DNA of 64,000 nucleotides from a virus. A program made the position numbers and the translations under genes. Under the pieces are notes generated by a model, which was given only the letters and a program-made list of their open reading frames with translations, searched no databases and was not told where the DNA came from. Shown here piece by piece: positions 10,393 to 19,000 of this stretch. Where the stretch lies: positions 32,001 to 96,000 of the IMG/VR virus record IMGVR_UViG_3300030090_005562; one strand, written 5' to 3'. Positions within the stretch are counted from its first letter, which is position 1, and the number at the start of each line of letters is the position of its first letter.

Positions 10393-10843
10393 TGTTCTGG
10401 TTCCAAATACTGGAGCCAATCAAATATCATTTTGTCTTATAAATCAGGTGAATAGACTCTTTGACGTTCATCCAGAAATAGACGTTATGATATTTTACGA
10501 AAACATGCACAAGAATTGCATTCCCACTAACTTCGCCTGCATGGAAATATCTAGCGCGTTTAATCACAAAGGGCCTATGATAGCGACCACAGTTTCAACC
10601 GCTAGAAAATTAATTTCTTTTGCGTCTGAAAAAAAGTTTTTCTATGTTTGGGATTTATCGTGGGTGAGAAATTCTAGAGGCACACAGCAATACGAAGCAT
10701 ACAAAGATGTTTATTTAAATAAATCGCTTGAACTGATAGCTAGAAGTGAAAGTCACAAACAGGCTATAGAAAGCTGCTTCAATAGAGAGGTTAAGCATGT
10801 AATATCAGATTTCAAAATTGAAGATATACTGGAGATACTATGA
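10370..10843 (+). CDS. Hypothetical protein, resembles a single Rossmann domain of a GT-B glycosyltransferase
   Basis: IATT..TA, KFFYVWDLSW, LIARSESH pattern; last gene of the glycan operon; ATG 10370 preferred over 10304. Confidence 0.45.
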   Translation: MKNLKNFSVLVPNTGANQISFCLINQVNRLFDVHPEIDVMIFYENMHKNCIPTNFACMEISSAFNHKGPMIATTVSTARKLISFASEKKFFYVWDLSWVRNSRGTQQYEAYKDVYLNKSLELIARSESHKQAIESCFNREVKHVISDFKIEDILEIL

Positions 10844-11619
10844 GCAAACTAAATGATAAAAAGTGGTGCAATAAACAATATTGGACCCTAGAGAGAAGTG
10901 TCGGAGACATAGCCCAGGAACTGGGAACTTATCCCAATAAAGTACGCAGGGCTTTAAAATCGCACGGTATTAAACTAAGAGACAAGGGGTCCGCACAGGC
11001 AGTGGCTTTAAAAAAGGGCCGCAGCAGCCATCCTACGAAAGATAAGGGGCACTCTGAGGAGTCTAAGATTAAAATTTCAGAATCGGTTGCTCAAAACTGG
11101 GAAAACTTGTCGGAAGAAGAGCTTGAAAGCAGGAGAGAATCAGCCAGAAAACAGTGGGCTAATATGTCTGAGGAAGACAGAATGAAGCTTAGAGAGGCGG
11201 CTGTTCCTGGTATAAAAAAGGCCTCTCAGGAAGGCTCTAAATTAGAAAAATACATTAGAGATAAATTGACAAAAGAAAGCTATGTGATAGAATATCATAA
11301 GAAGGGGATTGTGCCTAATGCTAATCTTGAGGTAGATATATATTTACCAGAGTTAGGCACAGCCATAGAGATAGACGGACCATCTCATTTTTTACCAATA
11401 TGGGGAGATGAGGCTTTAAGGAAAACAATAAAGTCTGACAATGAAAAAAACGGACTTCTTAGATATCATGGGATAATGGTTCTTAGGGTGGCGCAGAAGA
11501 AAAAGACGCTATCTCAAAAGGCTATGAGAGATACATGGAATAGTATTAAAAAAGAGCTTGAAGTTATATCTGTAAAGATGCCAACAAAATCAGAAAGATT
11601 CAAAGAAATAGAGGTTTAA
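10840..11619 (+). CDS. HTH + NUMOD3 + DUF559/Vsr-like endonuclease (homing-endonuclease-like)
   Basis: SVGDIAQELG..PNKVRRAL (HTH), GHSEESKIKISES (NUMOD3), SKLE...EVDIYLP...IEIDGPSHF. Confidence 0.75.
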   Translation: MSKLNDKKWCNKQYWTLERSVGDIAQELGTYPNKVRRALKSHGIKLRDKGSAQAVALKKGRSSHPTKDKGHSEESKIKISESVAQNWENLSEEELESRRESARKQWANMSEEDRMKLREAAVPGIKKASQEGSKLEKYIRDKLTKESYVIEYHKKGIVPNANLEVDIYLPELGTAIEIDGPSHFLPIWGDEALRKTIKSDNEKNGLLRYHGIMVLRVAQKKKTLSQKAMRDTWNSIKKELEVISVKMPTKSERFKEIEV

Positions 11620-11622
11620 TTT

Positions 11623-12555
11623 ATGACTACCAAACACGGATACGAAGATGTAAGCGTGAAGGATATCAGAGAAGAACTTAGGTCTTTAGGAGTAGAAGAT
11701 GAAAGTCTTTTGTCTCAAAGCAAAAAGCCTCTAGTTGAACTTCTTCTAAAAACTAAACAGGAAGACGACATACTGTTTGATAGCGATGAGTCTGACATTC
11801 TGTCTGCGGTTGATTCAGAAGCTTTGAGCGACGAGTCTTTTTTGGCTCAACCCGCATTTAATAGCGAGAACTGGTCGGAGTGGGTGCTGTCTCAATTTGC
11901 GGATGATGAATTGGAAAACGGCGCTCCAACCTGTGATGGCCTTCGTAGAGTTGCAGAAGATGTGCTTGGCCCAATAGCTAAAGTAGAGGTCATAAAAAAT
12001 GACACTCCAGCCGTATCTAATAAAGGAAATGCAACGGTTGTTGTAGGTATCACGATTGAGCCAGTCTTACTTGAAGGTCATCCAAGGCAAGGCAAATCAA
12101 TATATGTTGAAGATTTGGCAGATGCAAATAAACTTAATACGCCCGAGGAAATATTTAAACACCCTTCGGCTACTGCTGGCACTAGAGCCGAGTCTAGAGC
12201 GTACAGAAAAATGCTTAGGCTTAGAAAAGTTCTAACGGCAGAAGAGCTTGCCTCAAACACGCACACGGAGGAAGATTGGGCTCCATCAACTCCAATTACA
12301 GACCAGCAGATTACTGTGATAGACATGCTGTGCCAAAGAACAAATATTGATGTAGTAGACTTTATCAATTGTGGGGATGCTAAGTATGTCTGCATTGAGC
12401 AGGTTTCGGAGCAGTCTGCACAAAAGATGCTTCAGTATTTAAATAGAATTCAAAGAAAAGACGCCGAAAGACCTGATGGCGTAGAAACATACGACGAAAA
12501 CTGGAAGGTAAAAAACAATGACACAAGAGAAGAGAATTTTAGCAAAGGAGTATAG
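11623..12555 (+). CDS. Putative single-strand annealing recombinase (Rad52/Sak-like) with N-terminal HeH/LEM-like motif
   Basis: VKDIREELRSLGV...KKPLVELL; ATVVV.ITI, ATAGTRAESRAYRKML; C-terminal ITDQQ motif. Confidence 0.5.
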   Translation: MTTKHGYEDVSVKDIREELRSLGVEDESLLSQSKKPLVELLLKTKQEDDILFDSDESDILSAVDSEALSDESFLAQPAFNSENWSEWVLSQFADDELENGAPTCDGLRRVAEDVLGPIAKVEVIKNDTPAVSNKGNATVVVGITIEPVLLEGHPRQGKSIYVEDLADANKLNTPEEIFKHPSATAGTRAESRAYRKMLRLRKVLTAEELASNTHTEEDWAPSTPITDQQITVIDMLCQRTNIDVVDFINCGDAKYVCIEQVSEQSAQKMLQYLNRIQRKDAERPDGVETYDENWKVKNNDTREENFSKGV

Positions 12556-13069
12556 GATATATAAGCCTAACTCTAAAGGAAGCGGTGCGGCTTCCAAGTT
12601 TCAATGTAGAACTAAGTGGAAGACTGTAGACGGGGTTGATTATGCAGACTTAATACTGTTTTTAGAAACTGCTCAACAAACTGGGTACGACTCTAATAAT
12701 AACGCATCGTTTGCTTGGTCTTCAGGAGATAAAAACAAAGACAAGTCTGTTACAATGAAATTGGGTCTTCCTGATATAGGAGAGATACTTTTGGTGTTGA
12801 AAGGAAGAAAGAAGTTCGTTGGACCAGAGCCAAAACAGGGAAGAAGTGTTGAGCCTGGGCTTTATCATCAGAAAAAGAACGGCAACACTAGCCTTAGACT
12901 AAAGTGGAGCGAGGGTAGGCTGTATTTAAACCTTTCTTCACAAGATGCAAAGAAAAATGTAACCAAGGTTTCTCATAGCATAACTTCCGCAGAGGCGGCG
13001 GTTCTTGAGTCTCTACTTGACCATTTTATAGTTGAGTATCATGGCTGGGCTTACTCTAATAAGACGTAG
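12518..13069 (+). CDS. Putative ssDNA-binding protein (Whirly/PC4-like)
   Basis: YRIYKPNSKGSGAA, duplicated beta-beta-beta-helix pattern (MKLGLPDIGEIL; HSITSAEAAVL); adjacent to the annealing protein. Confidence 0.4.
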   Translation: MTQEKRILAKEYRIYKPNSKGSGAASKFQCRTKWKTVDGVDYADLILFLETAQQTGYDSNNNASFAWSSGDKNKDKSVTMKLGLPDIGEILLVLKGRKKFVGPEPKQGRSVEPGLYHQKKNGNTSLRLKWSEGRLYLNLSSQDAKKNVTKVSHSITSAEAAVLESLLDHFIVEYHGWAYSNKT

Positions 13070-16000
13070 TGGTTGTTCCACCGTCATCGCTTGATGTGGT
13101 TGTTGTGGTGGATGAGGTTGTTGTTGTTGTTGTTGAGGTTGACGACGCTCCTCCTCCTCCTCCGCCATCAGAGCCATAGTCTCCCATAAAAATCGTCTCT
13201 CCTAAGACTAGCCCTTGTGGCATATAATATGTCTTGCCACTAATTTCAACCTTATCCGCTCTATGAACAGGAGAATTTATCTTTGCAGTTTCTTCGTTCT
13301 CAAAAACTGGATAATGCCCCTCGACCACATTTGATTGAGTAGACGTATCTACTGTATTTGCCTCTCTATCTCCAGCATCAAAATTTTGCCCAACACAAGC
13401 AGCTAGCCCTTTGGCGCAGCTTCTTCCCTTTCCTTCGTTATAATCAGCGTGATGAATCTGAAGCATCTTTTGTTTTTCTGCAACATTATCCCAAACTTTT
13501 ACTAAATCAATCTCTGCGTTATTTAATGGATTGGTAGCGCCCTGGAATTTATTTACACCTATTGCAAATTCTGCGCCAGCAGCGGCGGAAAAAGCCCTGT
13601 CGTGCTTTCCATCAACGGGCTGAATATGTACTATTGTGTCCTGCCCCTGATGTTCCACAAGGCCGATTATACCGTTTTTCCCTTGGCCTCCCTCCGCTTC
13701 ATTCGCTTCTTTGTCGTTAGCATTATGCCAGAAGAAATAATGCGTCCACTCATCACTTGCATCAATGCTACCGTATTGAGTACCCCCCTGTTTCTCTGGA
13801 ACACTAATATACTCAGTCCCTGAATCCCCTTCACTTGAAACAACAAAAATAAGCTTGCCGTTTTTATAGAACACTCCCCACCCGCCAAGTGTTTGGGGGT
13901 ATTCGCCATTCTGACCCATTCCGTAACAATGCGTTACAACACCCTCCATTTTGCCGGATGGCGCTCCTGTTTTTTTAAACCAAAATGATACTGCTACTCC
14001 ATAACCATGCTTGTGGGGATAACCATCAATTTGTCTGGCTATAGGAGGACCAACACCTCTTCCCCATGTGCCCCCATGAGACTCGGCCATATTCCAGCAC
14101 AAATTTTCCTCTTGTCCGCTTTTACTTGTGAAGAAAGCAGTTCCGTCAAATTTTGCAGATACATTTGTAAAATCAGAAAAATGGCCGTTGCCGTCTGGAT
14201 ATACGTGATAGCCGCGTGGTGTCTGTGCGCTTCCAAAAGATACCAAATCTTTATTTCCATTTCCAGCAGGAGCGACCCCTCCGTTGACGCCAGTTAGATG
14301 GTGTGGCTGAAGCTCTTGACCTATAGATTCGCATCCTCTGGCCTCAAATTCATAGCAAGCGCATGGAGAAAAATTATTGGCTGGTATGGTTTCTTGTGCT
14401 TGAGCTTGTGGGTTGCAATTTGTTTCCTCTCTATTTTCTTGCTCGCGTATATCTTTTGCTACTAAGTGTGATGGTTTTCCAGGGGTAACATAACTCTTAT
14501 GCAATGTCTTTATAACATATTGGTCTTCTGGAGAAAAGCTTGTGGGAGACGACTCTAGTATTTGATTTTTAAACTGATAGAATATACTGTCTGTGGCATC
14601 TCTTCCGTCGCAATATTTTTCTACGTCTTGACCCATTCCTAATACTTGAGTCAACTCTTCCATTGTGACGCTTTTTCTTCGAACCGGATGTTCGACCGGA
14701 CTAGGGTCATTGTTTCCTACCCAAACAAAGCCAGACTTAATAAATTTATTTGCATCAGCTCCAGGAGCGTAAAGCTGTCGATAGAACCCCGCAGTTCCCG
14801 CAGGCATACCGGGTGATTGGCCAAGGGCATTTTGAAATATTTCATTAAATTTTTCAACTTCAGAAAATATTACAATTATAGCGCCATTAAAAAGACTTAC
14901 GGTTCCAGTGGTATAAACTAAAGTTGGGCCCTCACCGCCCTTACTCATCAGCTCATTTAATTTGCTTATAGTTGTCTTCAAAGTTTGAACGTCTTCAGCT
15001 ATTGCGTTAATTTCGTTTCCGTCGTCGTCATACCAAAGAGCTTTTACTGGTACGTTTGTTTTCTTAAATCTTCTTACAGGTGCTGCCGCACCTTCTAATT
15101 CTGTACCCCCACAAACAGTTTGAAAATGAGGAAGCTCATTGTCTATTAGGGCTGGTTCTGGCGGTATTCCAGCTCCAAGCTCATTTGTACCACAGGCTTC
15201 TTCAATACAAACTTCAAATTTTTCATCTATACATCCTCTTATTGAGCCATAGCTATTTGGTCCACCAGTTCCTTCCCCTGCTCCAATAGTATTTCCCTCA
15301 TCATCAACAGGGTCCGCTGCCACGCTAGGAGGTATGTTTCCCGCGTTGTCTCCAACTAATTCATCGCAGCATTCTGGGCCGACAACACGTAATCTTAAAA
15401 ATTCAAACGAGCTTGCCTGCACTCTTTCAGTGATGTTATGATGATTCAATATTTGATTGCTAGGCACCCAATTAGTAATTCCATCAGAAATATCATTATC
15501 TGTGCTTGTCGCATAAAGTCTAGATGTTCCTTTTGCTGGGTCTACCTCTGGTCCTTGAACAGCGTTTTGGTCATAAGAAAACTCTGGACCGTAAAGATAC
15601 CAAGTTCCACCTTCATGAGCAACTCTGTAAGAGCCTCCGTCCCGCTTATTCCATGGAGAGCCCTTGCCGTTTGGGTTGTTTGTTTTATCGTCGCATGGAG
15701 AAGAAAGTTTTTTTGTGGAGCCACAAGCTACGCCGCCAACCTGTAAGCCGCCGCATTCATTTAAAGCCTGAAAAACCCATTGCACACCAGCATAAGTCCC
15801 CACCCAACTACTGGCGTTATCTGAATTAGCAATGATGCTTAGTGTTACGGGTCCCGAAGCCTCGCCAAAATTATGCTGTAAAACCACTGGGTCTTCCGCA
15901 CCCGGCAAAATAGTAACCTCTTCAACAGTTATATTTGTTTCCCCAGGTCTCTCCCATATTTTTGGTGTGACAATAGCTCCAGAAGCTGTTCTAGGCTCTA

Positions 16001-19000
16001 AGCAAAAAGCTGTATTAGAGTCATCTTTTTTAGTAACACACCAAGCAGGTACATTTTGAACATCTTCTGCGCTAGGGGCGCAATTATCAGGAGCCTCATA
16101 TCCAGAAACATAGCAGCCTCTAAAGTATTTGGCTGGTCCGGAAATACCGACTGTTAAAGACTCTGTGACATCTATGCACAAGTGAGTTGCGGTTGCAATT
16201 TTACCATCATTTCCACCTCCATCTACAGGTGCTGAGCCATACTTCTTGCAGCAGTAGCGGTATTCGGGCTTACTATTGGTTGCTGGTACGATATGCGTTG
16301 AGCCCCCATCTGCATGGCAATCTTCAATAAATTTACCTACTTTTGGGTCAGTATCTGGACCATATATTCCACCGGTTGGAACCCCCTCTCCTTCGTCACA
16401 AGAAGGGGCGTCTCCTCCAGGGTCTCCTGGATAGTTGTCTTCTCCACTTGATTCAGGCTCACAGCAGAAATTATAACGCGGTATGGGGGATGATGATGCT
16501 GTTAGTTCAAAGTTGCTCAAATCCTGAACACCAGAAAGCTCTTCCCACCCACCCTTTACAGTTTCTTCTGGACAATCAGGGAAATGTGAATTTGGGTCGG
16601 ATAGCTTGTACATAATAATCGGAAACCCAGGCGGTCCAGGGTTATAAGGAAACCATGTCCATATAGACCATTGAGTTACAGGGGTGGTGGCAATTGCGGT
16701 CGTCCAAAGTCTAATAAAATAGCGACCATCATCTTTTGCCCAAATATTTCTTCCGCCCTCACCGCCAAAGTCTATTGGTGTTCCGTCAGGCTTTGTTGTG
16801 GGATAATTTTCTGGCGCAAGATATTGATATGTACCATTAATTTTGAACACGGAGTCGTTTGGGAATCCAGACGCAGTTATAGTTGTGCTACAATCTAAAG
16901 GGGTTCGAGGCGCCGGTTGTCCCGGAATATGCAAAACAGTTCCACCTCTTTGCTCACACTCTTGTGTAAACTTCACCACATCTTCGTCACCGGTATTACC
17001 ATATATTCCATCTGTTGCCTTTTTGTTGCTTCCACACGCTTCGTTTGTATCCTCTCCGCCTGGAGGAGGAGGATAAAAGTTTGCTGGCCCAGAAGTTTCG
17101 TCTCCGCATATATCATATATCCCACCACAAGCAGCCGTGCCGCATACAACAGGACCAGCACGAGTGGTGCTACTGCAACGGTAATCATCGGATGTAACGT
17201 CGCTGACACCGCAACCGTCAACATAACTCAAAGTGTATGTAACGCTCGGGATACCGCTAGAAAATTCGACGGGCATAGATTTTATATCTAAAAGTGCATA
17301 TATAAAAGAAAGCTCTCCTTCCGGAACATTTTGATTTTCAATCCGAATATTGCAAAAGTCTTTCTTACCCCGTGTTTGTCTACCGACAATCACTATAGCG
17401 TTTTCTTTAAGGCCGCCACCAACCCCAGTATTGCGTTCTATCTGTCTAACAAACTCCACAATGTTGCCTTCTGCAAACGTCAGCATTTCCGGCGGACCAT
17501 CAAAAGCCTGATAATCTGAGAGTGGTATGTCCTGGCCATCAGAGTCGAGAGACCGATAAAAAGAATAACAGCCAGCTAAAGGACCGTCTCCGACAATGCA
17601 AAAAGCCACATCATCTTCGTAATTAGTCGTGCAGCAACCCTCAGACGACAAAAGACACTCTTTGATTGGGACCAGTTCAAATTTGCCGCCTCCATATGAA
17701 GCGATGAAAGAATCGCCTTCTTTATCAAACACCATAGTAAGATTCTCGCGATACGTTAAACTAAAATACCAACTGCCGTACTGCTCGACAAGTGTAATCT
17801 TGGGATTTCCAAAAATCGGGCGAACCTGCACCCAACTCACCGTATCGCCTTCAACATTTCTAGTGTAACACCCTTCAACCAAATCTGAAATTTTTACATT
17901 CGAGCCATCAGGAAGCTCTACTTTATCATTTACCGAAGAAATATCATCCGTTACACAAAATGCTGGAATTTTTTTTATGTTTTCAATATTTTGATTGCAC
18001 GGTATACTACCAATAGTATTCTCGCCCTCTCCTGGAGACAAAGAGTCTCCTTCGCCAGAAGTTGGAGGAGACGCAGAGTCACTCCCACTGCTTGGTTCTT
18101 CTGGAGTTGTCGGCGGTTCTTCCGGAATAGGCGGCGTGCTTTCGTCACAATCGTCAGATTGGCAGCATGTCCCACTAGATATTTGAACATTTGAATTTTG
18201 GTGAGGAATGCTTACTGATTGCCAAGCATAAATGGAGTCGTTTACAGTTGGTGGTGAATCTGAAATAGTACTTCCAAGGTATGGATGGTAAAATAAAACC
18301 GAATGATGATGACCCGAACCCGTGCAGGATGCGTTGGTAAGAGCTGATAATTTACTACTAATATCAGCGGCAGTATCTTTACTGGATATAACACTTTCGT
18401 ATAGCATTGAGATTATCTTCTTATCAAGGCAGAAAAAGTCGAAGGGGAAATAGCCCTCGTCACTATACCGTGCGGTTGATTTGAAAAGGACGGTATCAGC
18501 TGTACCCTGATGAAAATAGTCCGCATCGTCATCGTCTATTTGAGGGGATTTTAGCAGTCCGAGAGACTTAGCTATAGCTTTTCTTATAATTAAATTTCTC
18601 TCGTCCCCTGTTCTATCTTCGTTAATATAAATCTGAGCGCGTGAAAAGTTCTCAGAATCGAAATAATTTCTAACGTCGACGAAAAATCTCTGGTTCGCGG
18701 GCATAAGACCTCTAGCAGCTAGACCGTCGCTGCTATAATAACCTCCATTTCGGTAGCCTTTATTAACAAATTTAAACCTATCCTCGTCGCAAAAAAATAA
18801 ATGAATTGCTCCGGTAGGAGGTTCTGTTCCAGCAGTTTGTCCAGCTGTTGTAACTTCAATAGTTTTTCCAATATCAAGCTTACTAAAGAGAGAGTTTATA
18901 TCTGCAATAACTTTGTTAATCTCGGTTAAATCGTCGGAGGTTGCCCCCTCTATAATGTTTATGTAAACATTTTCATCGGCCCATTTTTTTATTGTTTCCG

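Noticed and set aside
1-10843. Interpretation as a host O-antigen/LPS locus flanking a prophage
   Set aside because: No wzx/wzy/ABC transporter or att/integrase; continuous overlap into phage-type genes; same apparent GATC avoidance. Cannot be fully excluded without upstream sequence.
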